A DNA stretch of 64,000 bases from an uncultured Methanosarcinaceae archaeon (GTDB lineage: Archaea > Halobacteriota > Methanosarcinia > Methanosarcinales > Methanosarcinaceae). Shown piece by piece: positions 56,331 to 64,000 of this stretch (the first letter of the stretch is position 1; every line of letters begins with the position of its first letter). The stretch lies in assembly GCA_963727895.1 (NCBI GenBank), contig CAVSHT010000012.1:128001-192000 (forward strand). Direction: 5' to 3'. Position numbers and translations under genes: made by a program. The notes beneath the pieces are model-generated. The model saw only the letters and a program-made list of their open reading frames with translations, searched no databases and was not told the DNA's origin.

Positions 56331-56783
56331 ATGCCCCACAGATGTACCAGATGCGGAACCATTTTTGAAGACGGAGACTCTGTCATCCTAAGCGGCTGCC
56401 CTAACTGCGGCTGGAATAAATTTCTTTATGTAATAAAAGAATCAGAAGGTTCGGAAAATCAGGAAATGCTTGCTCTGGAAGAACAAAAACTGGATTTGGA
56501 GTCTTCTCTGGATGAAGTTGTCAGGAATATTGATGAGGCTCTTGCTTCTGAACAAGATAACATAACGCAGGAACCCGAAGCTGAATGGAAAACGGAAGAA
56601 GAAAGAGTAGAGTCCGTAAGAATCCTTGGACCTGGATCCTATGAACTTAATCTGGACTCCCTTCTTGAAAGAAAAGAGTTAGTTATGGCAATTCGAGAAG
56701 AAGGATCTTATGCCCTGCACTTACCTTCGGTCTTCAGCCAGCAAAAGGAAAACCAAAAAGAAAAGCTAAAAAAGCAAAAGTGA
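56331..56783 (+). CDS. Zn-ribbon protein, DUF2072/OapC-like
   Basis: MPHRCTRCG...GCPNCGWNKFLY and ESVRILGPGSYELNL...EEGSY motifs. Confidence 0.85.
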   Translation: MPHRCTRCGTIFEDGDSVILSGCPNCGWNKFLYVIKESEGSENQEMLALEEQKLDLESSLDEVVRNIDEALASEQDNITQEPEAEWKTEEERVESVRILGPGSYELNLDSLLERKELVMAIREEGSYALHLPSVFSQQKENQKEKLKKQK

Positions 56784-57094
56784 TTTTTAAATTTTTTGAT
56801 TTTTTCCAGAAATTTCTTGCTTGAATATTTTGGAAAATTCTTTTTGTCGGTCTTTATTAAACAAAGTGTAAACTATACGTTTTTATCTTGGAAATATAAG
56901 CGTTAGATTATTCTATTTTCCTCTAAAACTTTTCTGTATGTCATATGTTTATTTTTTATAAGTTATTAAATAGAGAATAGGGCTAGTTAAATTCTGTAAG
57001 TATTCTACCTGGTTCCTATATTCTCTTCATATCTAATTTTTTTAGTTCTAAATTTGGAATCGGTTTCTTCAGAAACCTTTATATTTTATATATA

Positions 57095-57109
57095 CTAACT
57101 ATAAGTTAC
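57095..57109 (+). promoter_or_regulatory. Putative heat-shock repressor (HSR1-like) operator
   Basis: CTAAC-TATAA-GTTAC just downstream of the TATA-like TTTATAT at 57078-57084; one mismatch to CTAAC-N5-GTTAG. Confidence 0.55.
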
Positions 57110-57282
57110 TATCTTATGCATACTCCTCACCAGCTAGTCTTCGAGGCAAAGTTTCTGGCAGGTATTTTGTTTTCCTGTCTGAATTTACTCAAGACTACCA
57201 TAATATACTAAGTAAACAAATCACGAAGCTTGGCTTTATCGTTTAAGCTTCTTACAAATTAGATAACTATCAGAGGGGAAAA

Positions 57283-57969
57283 ATGGACCCAGCACAATTA
57301 CTTGATATCTTAGGGAATGAAAATCGCAGGAGGATTATTCAACTTCTTGCAAATCGCCCTTGCTATGTCAGTGAGATTTCTAGCAGGTTAGGAGTAGGGC
57401 CAAAAGCCATAATAAATCACCTAGGTCTACTTGAGCAGGCTGGCCTTATAGAATGCAGTGTGGATGAACAAAGGCGCAAGTACTTCAATATCGCAAACAA
57501 CATGCGACTTGAAGTGTTGGTATCACCTTATACTTATGCAGTGACACTTCACGACACTGCTTTTGAGAGGGAAAAAAACGAAGAATCTCCTGTGCAAAAG
57601 GAGATTCCTGCTAAGGAAGAATCTCAGGAGTTATTTCTTGAGCTGAACAGCAAACTTAAGGAACTCAAGAGTAGGCAAGAGGAACTCGCACAGATGCAGC
57701 AGCATCTCCAGGCTGAGTATACAAAAATTATGGGTCATTGTCTGGATTTACTTGAAGAAGTTGTTAGTAATCCTGTGGAATGTGAGCTCCTTTTTGAGCT
57801 TCTGAAAAATGAAACCACTTTAGCTACTCTATGTTACAACCTGCGCTTGCACCCTAGTATTATTAACACTAATCTGATAAATCTCGCAAATAGGGGGTTT
57901 ATTGAGTATAGCATTAAAAATAACCAATACTACTGGAAAATATGTGAGTCTGGAGTTGAGAATGAATGA
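57283..57969 (+). CDS. ArsR-family regulator, heat-shock repressor HSR1/Phr-like
   Basis: [13 protein letters not shown]...PCYVSEIS...KAIINHL...LEQAGLI...RRKYF plus a coiled coil; first gene of the cdc48-hsp20 cluster. Confidence 0.85.
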   Translation: MDPAQLLDILGNENRRRIIQLLANRPCYVSEISSRLGVGPKAIINHLGLLEQAGLIECSVDEQRRKYFNIANNMRLEVLVSPYTYAVTLHDTAFEREKNEESPVQKEIPAKEESQELFLELNSKLKELKSRQEELAQMQQHLQAEYTKIMGHCLDLLEEVVSNPVECELLFELLKNETTLATLCYNLRLHPSIINTNLINLANRGFIEYSIKNNQYYWKICESGVENE

Positions 57970-60230
57970 CTGAAGAACCAACTTTGAGAGTTGCTGAGGC
58001 TTATCATAAGGACGTGGGCAGGGGAATTGCGCGAATTGATACCCGGCTAATGCAGCAGTTGGGACTTGTAAGCGGGGATATAATTGAGATCTCAGGAAGA
58101 GCGAAGACTTATGCAATTGTCTGGCCAAATTTAGAATGTGACCAGGAAAACCGTATTCGGATCGACGGAAATCTACGAAGCAATGCAAAAGTAGGAATTG
58201 ATGATAAGGTCACAATCAAGAAAGTCCAGGCAAAACACGCTCAGAGAGTCACTCTCGCTCCTTCTCAGCCTGTAAGACTTGTTGGAGGTGCTCACTACAT
58301 TCTGAGGATCATTGAGGGAAGACCTTTGAATAAAGGTCAGCAGATTCGGGTGGAGACTGTCAATAATCCTCTTACCTTCGTGGTTTCGTCTACAAGACCT
58401 ACTGGACCTGTTGTTGTTACTAAGGATACTGAAATTGTCATCAAAGAGAAATCAATTGAGGAGAGTAAGGTTACAGAAGGTATTTCATATGAAGATATCG
58501 GTGGACTGAAGCGGGAAATTCAACTTGTCAGAGAAATGATTGAGCTGCCACTAAGACATCCCGAACTCTTCCAAAAGCTGGGGATTGAGCCTCCTAAAGG
58601 AGTGCTGCTTCATGGGCCACCGGGCACGGGTAAGACGATGATAGCAAAGGCAGTTGCAAGTGAAACTGATGCTAATTTCATTACAATTAGCGGCCCTGAA
58701 ATCGTATCCAAGTATTACGGAGAAAGTGAGCAGAAGCTTCGTGAGATTTTTGAGGAAGCAGAAAAGGATGCACCATCTATCATATTCATAGATGAGATCG
58801 ACTCCATTGCTCCCAAACGTGGTGAAGTCACAGGGGAAATGGAACGCAGGGTAGTTGCTCAGTTGCTTTCCCTCATGGACGGGCTAAAGGCCCGGGGTGA
58901 AGTGGTAGTAATTGCTGCTACAAACCGCCCGAACTCAATAGATGAAGCTCTCCGCCGTGGAGGTAGATTTGACAGGGAAATTGAAATCGGAATTCCTGAT
59001 CGGAACGGAAGAAAGCAGATTCTTCTTATTCACACCAGAGGAATGCCTATTCAGGATGTAAGCCTTAGTGAACTTGCAGATGTAACTCATGGGTTTGTAG
59101 GCGCTGATCTGTCTTCCCTCTGTAAAGAAGCTGCAATGCATGCTCTCAGAAGGATAACTCCCGAAATAGATATCGAAGAAGAAGAAATTCCACAGGAAAT
59201 TCTTGATAAGCTAGTGGTTACCAAAGACGATTTCAAGGAAGCTCTGAAGAATATCGAGCCTTCTGCAATGAGGGAAGTTTATGTTGAGGTTCCACACATA
59301 GGATGGGAGGATATCGGAGGACTTGAAAATGCAAAGCAGGAACTTATTGAAGCTGTAGAGTGGCCTCTTAAGTATCCTGAAATCTTCAGTACTGTCAGTG
59401 TAAAACCTCCTCGAGGAATACTAATGTTTGGGCCTCCAGGTACGGGGAAAACCCTCCTTGCAAAGGCTATTGCCAGTGAAAGCGAAGCTAATTTCATCAG
59501 CATCAAAGGTCCAGAACTTCTTAGCAAGTACGTGGGAGAATCTGAGCGTGCAGTTAGAGAGACATTCAGGAAAGCAAAACAGGCTGCACCAACTGTTGTT
59601 TTCTTTGATGAGATTGATTCAATTGCTCCTCAGAGAAGTTCGGTTTCAGATACGCATGTGTCCGAAAGAGTTGTTAGCCAGATCCTTACTGAACTTGATG
59701 GAGTAGAAGAACTTAAGGATGTTGTCATTGTCGCGGCCACAAATCGGCCTGATATGGTTGATTCTGCCCTTCTGAGGCCTGGCCGTTTTGACAGACTCAT
59801 CTATATCAAACCTCCTGAAAAGATAAGCAGGGAAAAGATCTTTGAGATCCATACAAAAGGAAAACCCCTGACAGAAGACGTGAATATCTCTGAACTTGCT
59901 GATCTGACTGAAGGATATGTGGGTGCAGATATTGAAGGCATTTGTAGGGAAGCTGCGATGCTGGCTTTGAGGGATGTAGTAACTCCAGGAATTAGCAGGA
60001 AAGACATTGAAAAACGGGCAGGAGAAATCAAGATTTCAAAGAAGCACTTTGAACGTGCAATTCGCCGTGTAAAACCTACAACATCTAGGGAAAATCTTGC
60101 GGATTATGAGCAGAGTGCTGAACTCTTTGCCAAATACGCGACTTCGTTTGAAGAAGAAGTTTCTAAAGATGAAGACCCGGAGAAAGAAATTGAATCTAAA
60201 AATGTTCCTGGTTCCTTTCAGGCTCAGTAA
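57966..60230 (+). CDS. cdc48: CDC48/VAT AAA+ ATPase
   Basis: Two AAA modules (GPPGTGKT twice, DEIDSIAP twice, RRGGRFDR and RPGRFDR) and an N-domain. Confidence 0.97.
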   Translation: MTEEPTLRVAEAYHKDVGRGIARIDTRLMQQLGLVSGDIIEISGRAKTYAIVWPNLECDQENRIRIDGNLRSNAKVGIDDKVTIKKVQAKHAQRVTLAPSQPVRLVGGAHYILRIIEGRPLNKGQQIRVETVNNPLTFVVSSTRPTGPVVVTKDTEIVIKEKSIEESKVTEGISYEDIGGLKREIQLVREMIELPLRHPELFQKLGIEPPKGVLLHGPPGTGKTMIAKAVASETDANFITISGPEIVSKYYGESEQKLREIFEEAEKDAPSIIFIDEIDSIAPKRGEVTGEMERRVVAQLLSLMDGLKARGEVVVIAATNRPNSIDEALRRGGRFDREIEIGIPDRNGRKQILLIHTRGMPIQDVSLSELADVTHGFVGADLSSLCKEAAMHALRRITPEIDIEEEEIPQEILDKLVVTKDDFKEALKNIEPSAMREVYVEVPHIGWEDIGGLENAKQELIEAVEWPLKYPEIFSTVSVKPPRGILMFGPPGTGKTLLAKAIASESEANFISIKGPELLSKYVGESERAVRETFRKAKQAAPTVVFFDEIDSIAPQRSSVSDTHVSERVVSQILTELDGVEELKDVVIVAATNRPDMVDSALLRPGRFDRLIYIKPPEKISREKIFEIHTKGKPLTEDVNISELADLTEGYVGADIEGICREAAMLALRDVVTPGISRKDIEKRAGEIKISKKHFERAIRRVKPTTSRENLADYEQSAELFAKYATSFEEEVSKDEDPEKEIESKNVPGSFQAQ

Positions 60231-60382
60231 TCCTGCTTCCTTACAGGCCGGGAAAAACCCGGCTTTTTACCAAAAGTTCTGAAACTGAAAAAAATAATAG
60301 TAACTGATTTATAATGGATTATTTAATTAATATTCATTTGATAACAAATTATGAAAGGATAAATTAATAACGGGGTAATAAT

Positions 60383-60910
60383 ATGGACAGAGATCGAAAA
60401 AAAAGAGGAGATTTTTTTGATGAGGTCTTCGGAATTGATCCTATTGAGGATGTGGACGAAATGTTCGAACGCCTTAGCAGGGCAATGGGTGTGAATGTAG
60501 AAAATATCGGGCGTGATTCTTTCATCTACGGATTTTCCTTTACTCAGAGACCTGGAGAAGAACCTGAAATCCGTGAATTCGGGAATATTCCTATGTTTGA
60601 GCAAACTGAGACTGGTGAAAAGCGTAATCTTGATACACGAAAACCCCTTATTGATGTACTTGAAACCGAAGATACAGTGCATGTGATTGCTGAGATTCCA
60701 GGCAGCGAGAAAGAAAACATTAAATTGAACGCAACTGATTTAATACTTAACATAGAAACAATAGATGGAAATCCAAAATATTCCGAACGTGTGGAACTGC
60801 CAGTAAAGGTGGACCCCCAGAGTGCGAAAGCTACATATAAAAATGGTGTGCTAGAAGTTACCTTTAAGAGGCTGGAATCCAGTTCCCAAACCTCAATAAA
60901 TATTGAGTGA
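60383..60910 (+). CDS. Small heat shock protein Hsp20
   Basis: YGFS...PEIREFGN, PLIDV, AEIPG and ATYKNGVLEV motifs; C-terminal IxI. Confidence 0.92.
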   Translation: MDRDRKKRGDFFDEVFGIDPIEDVDEMFERLSRAMGVNVENIGRDSFIYGFSFTQRPGEEPEIREFGNIPMFEQTETGEKRNLDTRKPLIDVLETEDTVHVIAEIPGSEKENIKLNATDLILNIETIDGNPKYSERVELPVKVDPQSAKATYKNGVLEVTFKRLESSSQTSINIE

Positions 60911-60963
60911 CTTTCTGGGAATTGCACTGTAGGTAAACAGCACGTGGAAAAGCAGAGGTAATA

Positions 60964-61461
60964 ATGGTGGGCATAAGAAAAAGAAAGGACTTCTTTGAAG
61001 ATTTTGGATCTGAGCTTTTTGACAACTTGGAAGAAATGATCGAAGCCCTCCTAGAAGATATGGGAGAGTCAGTCCCCTTTGTCTACGGATTTTCTATCAT
61101 TCGTCTACCGGGGGAAGATTCCGAACTCCGAGAGTTTGGAAACGTTTCGGATAATTCTGAGGATGATAATAATTTGGTCACCTCTGAAATAAGAAACCCT
61201 TTTATTGATATCTTTGAAAGCGAAGAATTGGTACACATACTTGTCGAACTCCCGGAGGTTAAAAAAGAAGATCTTCTGCTCCATGCGACTGCTCAAAATC
61301 TAGAAATAAGAGTTCTTGATCTTTCCGATTATTCGCAGGATGTAGAGCTTCCTTCTCGTGTAGATCCTAAGAGTGCAAAAGCCAGCTATAAAAATGGGGT
61401 GCTTGAAGTTACTTTCAAGCGTTGTACTGAAGAAAGACCCGTTAAAATCGAAATTAGTTGA
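60964..61461 (+). CDS. Small heat shock protein Hsp20 (paralog)
   Basis: PFVYGFS...LREFGN and ASYKNGVLEV motifs; C-terminal IEI. Confidence 0.9.
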   Translation: MVGIRKRKDFFEDFGSELFDNLEEMIEALLEDMGESVPFVYGFSIIRLPGEDSELREFGNVSDNSEDDNNLVTSEIRNPFIDIFESEELVHILVELPEVKKEDLLLHATAQNLEIRVLDLSDYSQDVELPSRVDPKSAKASYKNGVLEVTFKRCTEERPVKIEIS

Positions 61462-61611
61462 AGGGCAATGGCTTGCCCGTATGTAAGAACCAGATAGTAT
61501 GCACAGAATTGCCTACTAAAAAAGGGTATGTTGTTAGTGCAAAGTGACGTTACATTTTTTATGCATACTATTTTTATATTCTATTTTATACTCTACAGCA
61601 TTTTTAATTAT

Positions 61612-62162
61612 GGCTTTGATAATTAACTATAGTTATTTATTATGAGAACCTATATTTCTTCATGAACTGCCCCAGATGCAATAGTTCCAATCACAGATGG
61701 ATAAATAAATTTGGTCCGGAGTTAGAGGCTCTAAAAAGCGAAAATGAGATATCTATTGTTGAAATGGATGAAATGCACACTTACATCGGTAACAAAAAAA
61801 ATATTGCTGGATCTGGATTGCTGTTGATAGAGTTGGGAAAAAGTTCATCAACTGCTCTTTTGGCATCAGAGGAACAGAAACTGGAAAACTACTCTGGGAA
61901 AAATTGAAGAAAAAAGACATTGGAGAAGTGATGACAGATCACTGGAGGGCATATGCAGAGTTTCTTCCAGAAAAGATCCATACTCAATCAAAAGCAGAAA
62001 CATTTACAGTTAAGGGATATAACAGCATATTGAGGCATTTTCTAGCAAGATTGAGAAGAAAGACAAAGTGTTATACAAAAAGTCTTGAAATGCTAAAGTA
62101 CTCGGTTATTCTATTGATGAAATACAGAAATAAAGAACTAGATATGTTTAGTTAACAATACC
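61612..62162 (+). mobile_element. IS1-family element with internal deletion, flanked by 8-bp TSD TTAATTAT
   Basis: IRs GGCTTTGATAATTAACTATA and TATGTTTAGTTAACAATACC; TTAATTAT at 61604-61611 and 62163-62170; most of insA is deleted relative to the 22.4 kb copy; A-run frameshift site before CWIWIAVD. Confidence 0.9.
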
Positions 62163-62530
62163 TTAATTATTTATAATATCTTCCGTTTGTTTTCTGATCT
62201 TGCATAATATTATTTTTTTTACGACTTTGTCTCATTTTATTTTTGCATAGCAACATGATACATTTCTTTTATTTATGGAACTCAATTTCCTGATTTATTA
62301 ATTTAATTTCCGTCAAGAGCAAATTGAAAATTTCCCCACAACATGATATTTTGATGATTCATGAGAAAATAGATATGGACTTCATACAGGCTAAAGAATC
62401 TGAAATTTTATTTAAAAATTTAAATATTTTTATATTGCTTAATATGTTCAAACTATATCAATACAGTCAATAAGCTTATTTTACTGTGAACATTATAGAA
62501 TTATATTAAATAATAAAGAGGAAAAAAGTA

Positions 62531-63643
62531 ATGACTCTTGAACCAGGAATTTTAGCTGGGTTTTTTATAATATTTCTTTCGGTATTGTTCGGTCCTTTTA
62601 AAGTAAGAATTATTGAGGAAAATCTGGAGATATTTCTTTTTGTTTGTGGAGTAGCAGCAATGACCATTTCTGGTTTTGTCAAACTCCCAGGTGCAGAAAC
62701 GGGTTGGAGAATGGAAATAATTAAAGAAGCATTGACTTCTCCGCTGAGTTCTTTACATATTGCTGGTATTCCAATAGGCATATTCCAGATAGTGCTGGTT
62801 GTTGGTTTAATTATCTATAAATGGCACGAACCGATTCATAAAGCAATCCGAAAAATGGCTTCAGTACTTTCCATTAAAGTTATGGCCTTTATCCTTATTG
62901 CTGTCCTTGGTCTGTTTTCCAGTGTAATGTCCGCCATTCTTGCAGCAATCATTCTCGTTGAGATGGTTAATGCACTCCCGATCTCACGAAAATCCAAGAT
63001 AAATCTAACAGTTATTGCATGTTTCTCAATAGGACTTGGCGCTGCTCTTACTCCTCTTGGAGAACCTCTTTCAACAATCGCTATCTCAAAACTCTCAGGT
63101 GGGCCTTATCATGCTGGATTCAACTTTTTAATTAATATGTTGGGTAAATATATAATTCCAGGCATCCTTGTTTATGGTATTGTTGGGATGTTCTTCCTTG
63201 GAAAAATTGAAATGAATTATTCTGATACAAAAGTTGCAGATTATAACGAGACTTTGAAAGATGTCATAATGAGAGCTGTTAAGGTTTATCTGTTTATCAT
63301 GGCTCTCACATTTCTCGGAGATGGTTTCAAACCTATTATCTTCGAATACTTCACACAGATACCTTCTGAAGTACTTTACTGGGTTAACATGGTCTCATCT
63401 ATCCTGGACAACGCTACCCTAGCAGCTGCTGAAATCGGACCTGCTATGAGTGAAATCCAGATAAAAAGTATTCTTATGGGTCTTTTAATTGCAGGTGGAA
63501 TGCTGATTCCAGGAAATATTCCGAACATCATTTCTGCAGGCAAACTGGGTATAACCAGCAAAGAATGGGCAAGACTTGGGGTACCCATGGGACTTGTCTC
63601 AATGGTTATATATTTCGTCATCATCTTTGTGCTTAAAATCTAA
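62531..63643 (+). CDS. DUF1646 family membrane protein (ion transporter superfamily-like)
   Basis: EENLEIFLF, GLGAALTPLGEPLST, LDNATLAAAEI and GGMLIPGNIPNII motifs; many transmembrane segments. Confidence 0.88.
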   Translation: MTLEPGILAGFFIIFLSVLFGPFKVRIIEENLEIFLFVCGVAAMTISGFVKLPGAETGWRMEIIKEALTSPLSSLHIAGIPIGIFQIVLVVGLIIYKWHEPIHKAIRKMASVLSIKVMAFILIAVLGLFSSVMSAILAAIILVEMVNALPISRKSKINLTVIACFSIGLGAALTPLGEPLSTIAISKLSGGPYHAGFNFLINMLGKYIIPGILVYGIVGMFFLGKIEMNYSDTKVADYNETLKDVIMRAVKVYLFIMALTFLGDGFKPIIFEYFTQIPSEVLYWVNMVSSILDNATLAAAEIGPAMSEIQIKSILMGLLIAGGMLIPGNIPNIISAGKLGITSKEWARLGVPMGLVSMVIYFVIIFVLKI

Positions 63644-64000
63644 ACTTAAATTTGTCCAATAGCAAACAGGATTTAGTTCCAGGATCTAGTGAGAAAAATG
63701 AGATAAAATCACTTGATTTTGGAACAAATCCATATATGCCTTCAAAACAGAATAAATCGATTACATCTACAGAATTCTCTTCAAACCTCTGGGATAAATC
63801 TCAGGTATTACTTAAAAATTTAAGAATCTAGTGTTGGATAAAATATTACAAAAAGATCTATCCAATTTTTTGAATATACAAAAGTTCTCATATCTTTTAA
63901 TTGGAAGATTCATCATTAAATTTGAAGAATATGCTATTTTTTAATTGAATTTTTGCTGTGCCCTCAATCCATTTGTTAGTGATAGCTCTGGTCAGCATTA

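Overview
Core chromosome of a methanogenic archaeon of the genus Methanosarcina, judged from the 16S/23S/5S rRNA operon, gene content and gene order. Housekeeping content: two CBS-domain genes, rpa, kptA, rtcA, an NADH oxidase, dnaG, rimI, arcS, a GlcD/GlcF-like pair, a YgiQ radical SAM enzyme, TatD, leuA, an rrn operon without a spacer tRNA, two tRNA-Cys, nth, fae-hps, tpi, two HEAT-repeat genes, the archaeal aroA'-aroB'-aroD-aroE-tyrA operon, guaAA, srp54, initiator tRNA-Met and an ArsR-cdc48-hsp20-hsp20 heat-shock cluster. Accessory content: a roughly 4 kb island (19.3-23.1 kb) with two small Cys-conserved paralogs, a RelE-type toxin-antitoxin pair, a frameshifted PD-(D/E)xK-like gene and a dead IS1; a second dead IS1 at 61.6 kb; and a roughly 250 bp IS200/IS605-derived miniature element at 1.7-2.0 kb. 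The most interesting signals are not in the ORF track. They are a candidate sRNA of about 100 nt with its own TATA box, terminator and C-rich anti-RBS loop (10.3-10.4 kb); a divergent, highly structured leader or ncRNA of about 750 nt ahead of dnaG; canonical ORB (Cdc6/Orc1-binding) boxes next to rpa and inside rtcA; a Fae domain broken twice while the fused Hps domain is intact; and an in-frame amber codon in a Yip1 gene. No CRISPR array, prophage or clearly novel multi-gene system was seen. All calls come from reading the sequence by eye, without database searches.
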